Positions 1-8,862 are shown, numbered from the stretch's first letter. The stretch is DNA of 22,778 bases from Candidatus Scalinduaceae bacterium (GCA_046759445.1 JBHICG010000058.1:1-22778); one strand, 5' to 3'. Notes: generated from the sequence alone by a model not told the origin. Program-made: numbers and translations.

Positions 1-2
1 TA

Positions 3-584
3 ATCGTGGTTACTAATCCACTTGACGCAATGGCTTATGTAACATATAAGGTGAGCAAGTTTTCCAGGGAAAGAGTGATAGGAATGGCAGGAGTGCTGGA
101 TTCCTCTAGGCTAAGAACTTTTATAGCTATGGCATTAAATGTCTCAATAGAAGATGTCCATGCCTTTGTACTTGGTGGACATGGCGATACAATGGTTCCA
201 ATGATAAGACATACAACCGTTGCGGGAATTCCTGTTACAGAGTTGTTGTCTAAGGATAAATTAGATGCAATAATTAAAAGAACGGTAGGAGGTGGGGCTG
301 AAATAATAGGTCTTTTAAAGTCTGGAAGTACATTCTATGCACCTTCAGCTTCAATTGCAGGGATGGTCGATGCAATTGTAAAGGATAAGAAAAAAATACT
401 TCCTTGTACAGTTATGTGTAAAGGTGAATACGGGTTTAATGACATATTCCTGGGCCTTCCTGTTAAGCTTGGTAAAAAGGGAGTTGAGCAAATCATAGAA
501 ATAAAACTTAATAAAGAAGAATCAGACGCATTAAATAGATCTGCTGATGCGGTTAAGAAACTTTGTCAGAATGTTTCTTTATAA
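3..584 (+). CDS. mdh: Malate dehydrogenase (LDH-like), 5'-truncated by window edge
   Basis: [29 protein letters not shown] and GGAEII motifs; adjacent to sdh genes. Confidence 0.93.
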   Translation: MVVTNPLDAMAYVTYKVSKFSRERVIGMAGVLDSSRLRTFIAMALNVSIEDVHAFVLGGHGDTMVPMIRHTTVAGIPVTELLSKDKLDAIIKRTVGGGAEIIGLLKSGSTFYAPSASIAGMVDAIVKDKKKILPCTVMCKGEYGFNDIFLGLPVKLGKKGVEQIIEIKLNKEESDALNRSADAVKKLCQNVSL

Positions 585-607
585 ATTAGCGATTGTAAGG
601 AATTAGA

Positions 608-973
608 ATGGAAACTGGAAAAGGAAGAGCCTTGAGCTGGTTTATACAGAGGTTAACGGGTTTAGTATTGGGATTTGGTGTGATATTTCACTTTCTTATG
701 TTTCACTATTTTGGCTACAAGGCTGGCTTAACATATCTTGAAGCGCGTGAAAGGCTGATTTCACCGGAGTGGATTACATTTTATTCGGTTTTGTTGGGTA
801 TGGCATTATTTCACGGGATGAATGGCCTGTGGGGTATTTTCTTAGATTACAATCTTAGTGTGAGAACAAAAAAGCGTATTAAATTCTTCTTATATGTTTT
901 TGGCTTTGTCATTTTTATTGTTGGATGCCTCGTATTAATAAGATTTAATATCTTGATATTATCAGAGGCATAA
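608..973 (+). CDS. sdhD: Succinate dehydrogenase hydrophobic membrane anchor subunit
   Basis: 121 aa, three hydrophobic helices, WFIQRLTG and FHGMNGLWGIFLDY motifs. Confidence 0.82.
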   Translation: METGKGRALSWFIQRLTGLVLGFGVIFHFLMFHYFGYKAGLTYLEARERLISPEWITFYSVLLGMALFHGMNGLWGIFLDYNLSVRTKKRIKFFLYVFGFVIFIVGCLVLIRFNILILSEA

Positions 974-1147
974 TCTGAAAGATGCAAACCTGAAAAAGTA
1001 AGAATTGTAACTGCCCTCCTCAGTGTACTACTTAACAATTTATGGGTAACATCTATTGGTTAGGGTGATGATGCCCGTTTTCGTCTTTCGGTTACGTTAT
1101 CAGTTTAATTAAAATAATAAATTAGTGACCGAAGGGAGCTAATTTAT

Positions 1148-1522
1148 ATGTATAAAGTAAAAGCTTTTCTTAATGATTTAAGACTTAATCTAACCACAGG
1201 CACAGTTTCATATATCACACATCGTATAACAGGAATAGCCTTCCTGATCTTTCTATTTCTTCATGTGTTTACGTTAAGCTCGGTGTTTCGTGGAACAGAA
1301 GCATTTGAGAATTCCTTAATTCTTTACGATAATCCGTTCGGATATTCGTTGGAGTTTGCACTTATGTTTGCAGTATCAATACATCTCATAAATGGGATAA
1401 GGATAACCATAATAGATTTCTTTAATCTAAGCTACACCCATAAAAAGTATTTCTGGATTACGTTTGTTGTTTTTTTAATTATTGTGATACTAAGCATTGC
1501 GGTGTTTTTCCCTGTTTTTTGA
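1148..1522 (+). CDS. sdhC: Succinate dehydrogenase cytochrome b556 subunit
   Basis: SYITHRITG and IHLINGIRITIIDF motifs, three TM helices. Confidence 0.85.
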   Translation: MYKVKAFLNDLRLNLTTGTVSYITHRITGIAFLIFLFLHVFTLSSVFRGTEAFENSLILYDNPFGYSLEFALMFAVSIHLINGIRITIIDFFNLSYTHKKYFWITFVVFLIIVILSIAVFFPVF

Positions 1523-1590
1523 TCCGAAAATATGTTTTTCATTGTATTAAACCTTTGATTATTCAGTGATGTAAAGTAAATCTATATCCT

Positions 1591-1614
1591 AATGTTTTGC
1601 GTAAGCAAAACATT
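1591..1614. repeat. Intergenic hairpin AATGTTTTGC-GTAA-GCAAAACATT
   Basis: Perfect 10-bp stem between sdhC and sdhA. Confidence 0.6.
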
Positions 1615-1644
1615 TAAACTAGTGAACGAAGTGAATTAATTTAT

Positions 1645-3396
1645 ATGAAGCCAATTTATCATGAAGCGATAGTTGTTGGGGGTGGACTTGCAGGTTTGCG
1701 TGCAGCGCTTGAATTAAACCGTAGAAATGTGAAAGTGGCCATCATATCAAAGGTTTATCCACTCAGGTCTCATTCTGTAGCTGCCCAGGGTGGCATAAAC
1801 GCAGCATTGGGGAACCACCCTAGAGGTTATTATGATAGTTGGGAGAAACACGCATTTGATACGGTTAAGGGCAGCGATTATTTGGCTGACCAGGACGCTG
1901 TTATTCGTATGACAAAAGAGGCCGTAGAAAGGATAATAGAACTTGAACATTGGGGTTGTCCTTTTGATAGAAACGATGAAGGCAAGATTGCGCAAAGACC
2001 TTTTGGTGGCGCAGGCTTTCCCAGGACTTGTTATTCAGCAGACAAAACAGGCCATGCCTTGCTTCATACCCTGTATGAACAGATTGTAAGGTTTCGACAG
2101 GCAGCGGAACGACAAGAACTCGCTCTTTATAATGAGTGGTTCGTAACAAGGTTGGTCATTGAAAATGAAAGATGTATTGGCCTAATTGCTGTGGATATTA
2201 AGAGTGGTAATCTTTCTGCATTTAAAGCGGATGCGGTAATATTTGCTACTGGAGGTTCAGGCAGGATTTATGGAAAAACTACGAACGCCCTAATAAATAC
2301 GGGTATGGGTATGGCAGTGCCTTATTGGTCAGGTATACCCCTAAAAGACATGGAATTCGTACAGTTTCATCCTACAACCCTGGTGGGAAAGAATATTTTG
2401 ATTACGGAAGGTTGTAGAGGTGAGGGTGGTTATTTGTTAAACAACAAGGGAGAAAGATTCTTAGGAAAATACAATGATTCTAATAAAGCAATGGAGATAG
2501 CGCCTAGAGACATAATTTCTAGAAATATAACAAAAGAGATAATGGATGGTGGTGGATATAAAGACCTAACAGATACAACCTCAAAGTATGTACTCCTGGA
2601 CTTGAGACACCTGGGTGAAGATAGGATTATGTCAAGATTACCAGGAATCAGAGAGATTTGTATGAAATTTACTGGAATTGATCCTGTTTACGAACCAATT
2701 CACGTACAACCAGGACAGCATTATACGATGGGGGGAGTTGATTGTAATAAAGATTGTGAAACAAATATTAAAGGCCTCTATGCTGCAGGAGAAGCAGCCT
2801 GTGTAAGTGTTCATGGTGCAAACAGATTGGGAGGTAATTCACTCCTTGATACAATTGTCTTTGGAACTATTGCCGGAAAGAATGCGGCCAATTATGTCCA
2901 GAACTTCAATCACAGTAATAATGAAGCTAAAACACTTGATAATAGTATTAAATATGAAAGTAAAAAAATAAAAGATATTATCAAATCAAATGGTAATGAA
3001 AATCCGTCAAATATAAAGGAAGAGCTTAATAAGTTGATGGAAGAAAAGGCTGGAATATTTAGAGATGCAGAAGGTTTAAGGTATGCACATAATAAGATAA
3101 AAAAACTACAGGAGAGATACAAGAACATAAACCTGAACTATAACGAATGTAGAGTAAACCTTTCCTTAATGTGGGCACTTGAATTGAAGGGTAGTATAGA
3201 TGTTGCTGAGGCTATTATTGCTGGAGCGCTTGCAAGAGAGGAAAGTAGAGGGGCGCAATTTAGAACAGACTTTACCGAGAGGAATGACAGAGATTTCTTA
3301 AAACATACCCTCGCTTACTTTTCTGATGAAGGAGTTAGATTGGACTATAAAGAAGTAACTTTAGGTACTTTTGAGCCAAAGGCAAGAGAATATTAA
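1645..3396 (+). CDS. sdhA: Succinate dehydrogenase/fumarate reductase flavoprotein subunit
   Basis: GGGLAG FAD-binding, RSHSVAAQGG covalent-FAD His, QFHPT, TEGCRGEG, HYTMGG, HGANRLGGNSL, REESRG. Confidence 0.96.
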   Translation: MKPIYHEAIVVGGGLAGLRAALELNRRNVKVAIISKVYPLRSHSVAAQGGINAALGNHPRGYYDSWEKHAFDTVKGSDYLADQDAVIRMTKEAVERIIELEHWGCPFDRNDEGKIAQRPFGGAGFPRTCYSADKTGHALLHTLYEQIVRFRQAAERQELALYNEWFVTRLVIENERCIGLIAVDIKSGNLSAFKADAVIFATGGSGRIYGKTTNALINTGMGMAVPYWSGIPLKDMEFVQFHPTTLVGKNILITEGCRGEGGYLLNNKGERFLGKYNDSNKAMEIAPRDIISRNITKEIMDGGGYKDLTDTTSKYVLLDLRHLGEDRIMSRLPGIREICMKFTGIDPVYEPIHVQPGQHYTMGGVDCNKDCETNIKGLYAAGEAACVSVHGANRLGGNSLLDTIVFGTIAGKNAANYVQNFNHSNNEAKTLDNSIKYESKKIKDIIKSNGNENPSNIKEELNKLMEEKAGIFRDAEGLRYAHNKIKKLQERYKNINLNYNECRVNLSLMWALELKGSIDVAEAIIAGALAREESRGAQFRTDFTERNDRDFLKHTLAYFSDEGVRLDYKEVTLGTFEPKAREY

Positions 3397-3445
3397 TCCC
3401 CCCTTACCCCCCCCCTTTGGTAAAAGGGGGGGGTAAGGGGGGATT
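3395..3445. repeat. C-run/G-run palindromic repeat (AATCCCCCC...TTT..AAAGGGGG...GGGGGATT)
   Basis: AATCCCCCCTTACCCCCCCCCTTTGGTAAAAGGGGGGGGTAAGGGGGGATT; overlaps the sdhA TAA stop. Confidence 0.9.
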
Positions 3446-3468
3446 TGAAGAGGTTTAATTGATGAGTT

Positions 3469-3815
3469 ATGCTTTCTTACAATAAAAAACTGAAAAAGCA
3501 TTCCAGGGAACTCAGAAAAAACATGACTGATGTAGAAAGATTGATTTGGTCGAGAATAAGAAGAAAACAATTGAAGGATTGTCAATTTTACAGACAAAAG
3601 GTTATAAGTAACTATATAGTTGATTTTTACTGTCCTAAAGCAATTTAATTATTGAGCTTGACGGAGGACAGCATTATAGTGATGAGGGAATAAAGAAGGA
3701 TGGAAAAAGAGATGCATATATAACAAGCATTGGCTTAAGAGTGTTGAGATTTTCGGATAGAGATGTCTTTAAAAATCTTAATGGAGTTATTGAAAAGATA
3801 TGGGAAAGCTTGTAA
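3469..3815 (+). pseudogene. DUF559 (Vsr-like PD-(D/E)XK) endonuclease, split by a 1-nt frameshift near 3643
   Basis: Manual translation: MLSYNKKLKKHSRELRKNMTDVERLIWSRIRRKQLKDCQFYRQKVISNYIVDFYCPKA, continuing in the -1 frame as NLIIELDGGQHYSDEGIKKDGKRDAYITSIGLRVLRFSDRDVFKNLNGVIEKIWESL*; absent from the ORF track. Confidence 0.88.
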
Positions 3816-3970
3816 TCCCCCTATTTCCCCCCTTTTTTAAAGGGGGATTAAGGGGGATTTCACCCTTTTCCAAAGGGGGAAACATGGGAATTTTCACCTT
3901 TTCCAAAGGGAATTTATAGCGAGATTATGTTTCTTTTACAACCCCTTTAGTAAAGAGGGCTAGGGGGATT
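3814..3970. repeat. Cluster of about four C-run/G-run hairpins, one full and three degenerate
   Basis: AATCCCCCTATTTCCCCCCTTTTTTAAAGGGGGATTAAGGGGGATT (3814-3859), two CCTTTTCCAAAGGG units, then CCCCTTTAGTAAAGAGGGCTAGGGGGATT. Confidence 0.85.
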
Positions 3971-3974
3971 TGTT

Positions 3975-4709
3975 GTGGGTATTTTATGGAGGTATAATAA
4001 AATAATTGTTAAAAAAAGCTTAATCTGTTTTAAAGTATTCCGTTTTGATCCTGATAAAGACAGCAAACCTTACTTCCAAAAGTTTCAGGTGCCAGTCGTA
4101 AGGAAGGATATGACTGTATTGGAGAGCCTTTTCTATATTCAGGAAAAATTGGATAATTCGTTAGCCTTCAGGTCTTCATGCAGATCAGCAGTGTGTGGTT
4201 CCTGTGCCATGCACATAAACGGCAGATATGGACTGGCTTGTAACACATTGGTTTCAAGTCTTAAGGGGAATGTGGTGAAAATCAGACCACTGGGTCATCT
4301 GAACATTATTAAGGACCTCTTTGTAGATTTGGAACCTTTCTGGGAAAAATACGAATTTATAAAACCGTATTTGATTTCAAATACATTTTCTTCAAAACAT
4401 GAAAGATTGCAAACGCGTAGTGAGAGAGCCAAATTGGATGGGTTGATAGATTGTATACTTTGCGGTTGTTGTTATTCCTCGTGTATGGTTACTATGACCA
4501 AAGAAAATTACCTAGGACCTGCCGCATTGTTGTGGGCGAATCGTTTTCTTGTAGATTCAAGAGATGATGCGGGAGATGAACGGCTTGCTATTGTGAATGT
4601 TGAAAATGGTGTATGGAGGTGCCATACAATTTTCAATTGTCATCAATCGTGTCCTAAAGATCTAAATCCGGCGAGTTGTATCTCAACTCTTAAAATGAAG
4701 CTTATCTAA
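3975..4709 (+). CDS. sdhB: Succinate dehydrogenase iron-sulfur subunit (start codon uncertain)
   Basis: CRSAVCGSC...C, CILCGCCYSSC and CHTIFNCHQSCP cluster motifs. Confidence 0.95.
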   Translation: MGILWRYNKIIVKKSLICFKVFRFDPDKDSKPYFQKFQVPVVRKDMTVLESLFYIQEKLDNSLAFRSSCRSAVCGSCAMHINGRYGLACNTLVSSLKGNVVKIRPLGHLNIIKDLFVDLEPFWEKYEFIKPYLISNTFSSKHERLQTRSERAKLDGLIDCILCGCCYSSCMVTMTKENYLGPAALLWANRFLVDSRDDAGDERLAIVNVENGVWRCHTIFNCHQSCPKDLNPASCISTLKMKLI

Positions 4710-4759
4710 ATAAATTAGCTTACACCGTTCGCTAATTTACTGCATTATAATATGAAAAT

Positions 4760-4844
4760 AGATTCCCGATCTGGGTCGTCGTGTGATTCTACTCGCCAAG
4801 TAGAATCACCTAAGCAATTCCGCTGTTGCGGAATTACCAATGAC
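4760..4844 (+). repeat. Half REP (AGATTCCCGA...AATGAC) carrying a double-hairpin insert at 4781-4838
   Basis: GTGATTCTACT-CGCCA-AGTAGAATCAC-CTAA-GCAATTCCGC-TGTT-GCGGAATTACC directly 5' of AATGAC. Confidence 0.75.
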
Positions 4845-4871
4845 CAATTTGTAGTGATCTATGATAAGGGG

Positions 4872-5828
4872 TCAGACCTCAACAATCAACAGCTTGCCTT
4901 CGATAAGTTTAATTTTCTTATCTAGATCTCTGTCCTGTTGCCTCCTTTTTTCAAGTCTCAAAAAACACTGACTTATAGCCGCTGCACTCATTTGGTTAGA
5001 TAAATTTCTTGAGATTTCCTCTAAGGTATAACCGGTAAACTTTCTCAAAAAATAAACGCTTAAATTTATGCATTCTTTTTCTGACAAACCATAATCTTCT
5101 TTAATAACACTAATGATTTTTTTGGGTGATAGAGAATCCTTTTTTAATTCTCGTAAGCTAGGCAGATCCCTAGACTTTTTCTTGTAGTCTAGATATTCAT
5201 CCTTTATCAATTGAACAAAACTATGGCTCCCTAAAATAAGACCTACAGCAACTTCTTTAGAAGGGTTGGATATTTCTCTGGACAAACCTTCTTCTACAAA
5301 TTTTTTAAAATCCTTCCGTGTTTTGTCTCCCTTATTACCAAAATAACCTAAAATAAAATCTATCTTTAAAAATTCAGGTTTCTTTTCAGGGTGAATATAG
5401 TAATGAAAACTACTCCAAAAATATTCATATGGGGTTGAAGTAATCTTAGACCGTACTGGATTTAGGTGAATGTACCGAGAGAGGACTTGAGCATAAGAAT
5501 CCTTATCCACTAATATTGCTTTATAACGTCCTTGAAAAAGATGGCCTAACCTCTTGTTTTTAAGGTTATAGTAAGTGGTATAGCTAGAATTAATCATTTG
5601 CATACTTCTGCTAAGGTTGGGAAAGGGTGTTTCAACTAAAAGATGATAATGGTTATCCATAAGACAGTAGGCATGAATTATTAAATTAAATCTTTGATGG
5701 GCATTTTCGAGATAACTCAGAAATTTCTCTTTATCCATATCTGAATTAAATATATTCCGCCCCTCGTTACCTCGGGAGGAGACGTGATAGAAAGCTCCAG
5801 GGTATTCTATCCTTAATTGTCTAGCCAT
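4872..5828 (-). CDS. RAYT/IS200-like Y1 HUH transposase with C-terminal DnaA_C-like HTH
   Basis: MARQLRIEYPGAFYHVSSRGN, AYCLMDNHYHLL (HUH), GHLFQGRYKA, RYIHLNPVR (catalytic Tyr); C-terminal YFLRKFTGYTLEEIS helix-turn-helix-like segment. Confidence 0.92.
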   Translation of the reverse strand: MARQLRIEYPGAFYHVSSRGNEGRNIFNSDMDKEKFLSYLENAHQRFNLIIHAYCLMDNHYHLLVETPFPNLSRSMQMINSSYTTYYNLKNKRLGHLFQGRYKAILVDKDSYAQVLSRYIHLNPVRSKITSTPYEYFWSSFHYYIHPEKKPEFLKIDFILGYFGNKGDKTRKDFKKFVEEGLSREISNPSKEVAVGLILGSHSFVQLIKDEYLDYKKKSRDLPSLRELKKDSLSPKKIISVIKEDYGLSEKECINLSVYFLRKFTGYTLEEISRNLSNQMSAAAISQCFLRLEKRRQQDRDLDKKIKLIEGKLLIVEV

Positions 5829-5861
5829 AAAAAATTATCTCCTTTTTCTTTCCGTTGGATA

Positions 5862-5890
5862 ATAGTAAAAGATCAAATCTATTTTGTCAA
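5862..5890 (-). promoter_or_regulatory. Sigma70-type promoter of the HUH transposase
   Basis: Minus strand TTGACA-17 nt-TACTAT; the -35 abuts the TIR. Confidence 0.7.
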
Positions 5891-6460
5891 ATGTTGAGGT
5901 CTGACCCTATGATCTCCTCTTTTTTTGGCTCGGAGCAGGTAAGATGTTCATGGGCATTGGTTAGATATCGTTTTGAGCATAAAGAATCAAAGTGAGTGTA
6001 TTAAGGTTCCAGAATATCTCTGTAAACCTATTTACATTTTTCGAAAGAAGAGTTAGTAAATTTAAAGGATGGAAGTCTTATTGATTACTAATTAAATTGA
6101 TTAAAATGGGAAAGATCCCCTATGCTATTTTGAATTACATTAGCTTTTTGGGAGACCTCTCCACTCTCAGTTTTATTATAATATCAATAAGATTCTTACA
6201 GAACAATTTAATTTTTCAAAGAATGTAGATTTTTGATAAATTAGCAACACAATTTTTTACAGTTAAAATTTTTTTTTTGATTTAATCTCTATTTTATTTA
6301 AGCAGGATTGTATAAAATTATGTGGCTGACTATAAAATTACTATAATTTGCTGTATGTTATTATACTAACAATAGTTACAAGAATTACAGCAACATTATT
6401 TTAGACAGCGTAAAAATTTTCTGGACTAATAAATAAGCTAATGATCGATTACTAAAAATT

Positions 6461-6495
6461 GTTTGAATAGTAAACATAGTGTTTAAATAATAACC
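6461..6495. promoter_or_regulatory. Tandem putative enhancer-binding sites, copy 1
   Basis: GTTTGAATAGTAAAC-ATAGT-GTTTAAATAATAACC; near-identical copy at 9247-9281; about 190 bp upstream of a sigma54 motif. Confidence 0.55.
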
Positions 6496-6687
6496 ACATT
6501 TGCACATAGCCAGAATTTGAAAATTGTCAATTTATAGAGGTATTAACAAATTTTATTTCTAAATATACATCTATTAGCAATCAAATAGGACGTGAAATTG
6601 CTTCATATGTGGTAAAAACAAGGAAATATTTTTCCGATTACCATTATTAAAATTAATATGCTATTAAATATTCCCTGTGTTAAAAAT

Positions 6688-6749
6688 TGGCAACTCTTTT
6701 GCTTTAGTTTGTAAATTGAGACTAAAATATTAAGGACATGTTCCGATAA
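6688..6749 (+). promoter_or_regulatory. Tandem sigma54 and sigma28 promoter, copy 1
   Basis: TGGCAACTCTTTTGCT (GG-N10-GC) at 6688-6703; TAAA-N15-TCCGATAA at 6723-6749. Confidence 0.7.
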
Positions 6750-6830
6750 AAAGGAAAACATGTTAAATACCATTAAGAATTTTTACCTTTTTGTTTGGTG
6801 TATTTATAACTTTATATATCGCAAGAAGGG

Positions 6831-7175
6831 ATGGTTGTGATTATGAAAGCCAAACAGTATAAGCTAATATTGATATTAGGTATCTTTATGATAATATGTT
6901 TTGCTGAGAAACAGCAAACGTTTGCTCAAGATGTATCAAATGTAAAGTTAGCGTTTATTAAGAGAGCCAGTTTAAATGTGAAGTTTATGCAAGTAATTCC
7001 AAATGAATCGATGAATCATACAGTGAATTTATACGACGAAACATCAAAAGACGTAATTTCAGTTGACAAAGAGTTAAAACATGCATCAATAAAAAGAAAG
7101 GAAAAACTCGATCAATTAAGTCATGTTAGAAAGCTTAGCTTATTAATATTTTTTCAGATGTTAAATCAGGGTTGA
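6831..7175 (+). CDS. Hypothetical exported protein
   Basis: Basic N-terminus, hydrophobic stretch and TFA-Q signal-peptidase-like site; lies downstream of the dual promoter. Confidence 0.55.
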   Translation: MVVIMKAKQYKLILILGIFMIICFAEKQQTFAQDVSNVKLAFIKRASLNVKFMQVIPNESMNHTVNLYDETSKDVISVDKELKHASIKRKEKLDQLSHVRKLSLLIFFQMLNQG

Positions 7176-7509
7176 ATTATATAAATGATGTAAACACGTA
7201 GAACAACACATCTCTTTCTTCTTCAAGACCATCTATATATAACAGATCCTTTTTCTGTTCTCGCTTGTTTAGTTTTTGGATGCGCTGTTATAAAGCCTAA
7301 CAGGTATGAATTCTTTTCCATATAAAATCTTAAAACACTCAGAATAAAGGGTATCAAAAATTCCTTATCGTTGGTTAAATGGATTAATGACATTTGCTGG
7401 CATTCATTTTGTATGATGATAACATGTTTATCCTATAGTTGTTTGATAACTGTATTGGATTTGTGTGATTGATTTATAGAAATGATTTGAGTAAGAAAGG
7501 GTGTATGAA

Positions 7510-8814
7510 ATGAGAAAGATTCTCTTTGCGGATGATGATCAGAATGTGCTCAAGGAATTTAAAAAAACGCTGCGTCCGATGTGTCACGAATGGGAAATGG
7601 AATTTGCAGTGAGTGGTGAAGAAGCTCTGGAATTTATGTCAAAAACCTCTTTCGATGTTGTCTTGTCAGATATACGTATGACGAGTAAGGAAGGTATAAA
7701 AATTCCTGATATAGTTATGGAACGCTATCCTGAGACAGTTCGTATTATCCTTTCAGGACATTCAGATAGAGAGAGGGTATTGAGATCAGTTAAATCCACC
7801 CATCAGTTTTTGATTAAACCGTGCGATATAGAGAAGATTAAGTATACGATTGAACGTACGTGCAAGCTTCGAGACTTGTTAGGAAATGAAACTTTGAGAA
7901 AGATAGCCGCAGGCATAAAGGATTTGCCCAGTCTCCCAACCTTATACGGTATGATAGTTAAAGAAATGAAATCTCCTGACGCTTCTCTTAAAAAGGTGGG
8001 CTACATAATTGCTCAGGACGTTTCAATGTCTGCCAAGATCTTACAGCTTGTTAATTCAGCTTTTTATGGCCTTCCACGAAAAATTGCAGACCCACAGCAA
8101 GCGGCCATTTATCTGGGTATAGAGACATTGAAGGCGCTTGTGCTTTCTGCTCATGTGTTTTCTTCATTTACAGAAGAGGCAGAATCACTTGGTTTTTCTA
8201 TGTCTGAAATGTGGAGACATAGTATGATGGTAAGCAGGCTTGCCAAAGAGATAGCTCGGGTTGAATCGAATGATAAAAAAGTAGTAGAGGATGCATTAAT
8301 AGCCGGAATGTTGCATGATATAGGAAAGTTGATTTTGTTAAAAACTCCTGAGATATTCGGGCAAGTCAACGAATTTATGGAAAAAAACGGATGTAGTTTT
8401 GTAGAAGCAGAATACGCTGTTATGAAGACGTCCCATGCAGAATTGGGGGCTTATATGTTAGGGCTCTGGGGGATTCCTGACAGTATAGTAGAAATAATTG
8501 CTTTTCATCACAATCCACTAAACTTACTGAATGGTATTTTTGTTAACTTAAACGAATCCTCTAATAAAGTAGTAGATGAACTAAAATTAAATAATGGTAT
8601 TTTAAAACCAGTATCTATCAAGAAATATTTAACAGAGTTTACGACATTGACGGCCGTTCATGTGGCAAATGCAATGATGTTACAGAAAGATTGTTCATTC
8701 GATACTACAGTATTTCCATATATTGATATGGGTTATTTGAGGGCATTTAATTTAACAGAAAAGTTGTTTGAATGTGTAGATTGTTATAAGAAAGTAACAC
8801 GAGAAGAGGTTTAG
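7510..8814 (+). CDS. Response regulator with REC and HDOD domains
   Basis: ILFADDD, VVLSDIRM, KP receiver motifs; LPSLP, KILQLVNSAFYG, WRHS, AGMLHDIGKL, HAELGAYMLGLWGIP, AFHH; ATG 7510 follows AAAGGG (track start is 7501). Confidence 0.9.
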   Translation: MRKILFADDDQNVLKEFKKTLRPMCHEWEMEFAVSGEEALEFMSKTSFDVVLSDIRMTSKEGIKIPDIVMERYPETVRIILSGHSDRERVLRSVKSTHQFLIKPCDIEKIKYTIERTCKLRDLLGNETLRKIAAGIKDLPSLPTLYGMIVKEMKSPDASLKKVGYIIAQDVSMSAKILQLVNSAFYGLPRKIADPQQAAIYLGIETLKALVLSAHVFSSFTEEAESLGFSMSEMWRHSMMVSRLAKEIARVESNDKKVVEDALIAGMLHDIGKLILLKTPEIFGQVNEFMEKNGCSFVEAEYAVMKTSHAELGAYMLGLWGIPDSIVEIIAFHHNPLNLLNGIFVNLNESSNKVVDELKLNNGILKPVSIKKYLTEFTTLTAVHVANAMMLQKDCSFDTTVFPYIDMGYLRAFNLTEKLFECVDCYKKVTREEV

Positions 8815-8862
8815 TCAAATATTGTTCGCAAAATTTTGTCAGTGGTATAAAATGCCGGAATT

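Larger units (their letters stand above)
4868..5907 (-). mobile_element. TIR-bounded element encoding an HUH Y1 transposase
   Basis: Perfect 16-bp inverted repeat GGGTCAGACCTCAACA at 4869-4884 and 5892-5907 enclosing the transposase gene and its promoter. Confidence 0.85.

Noticed and set aside
3361..3597. 78-aa minus-strand ORF with PPYPPLLPKGGGKGG
   Set aside because: Antisense to the DUF559 gene; the motif is just the hairpin translated
3986..4020. Phase-variable A7 tract or out-of-frame TTG start for sdhB after GGAGG
   Set aside because: An in-frame GTG exists at 3975; cannot be distinguished without homolog alignment
4860..5915. Possible target-site duplication TATGATAA / TATGATCT around the HUH element
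   Set aside because: Only 6/8 match with ambiguous register, and the 16144-16306 MITE shows no duplication
7398..7413. Sigma54-like TGGCATTCATTTTGTA before the REC-HDOD gene
   Set aside because: The -12 GC is GT; not enough support
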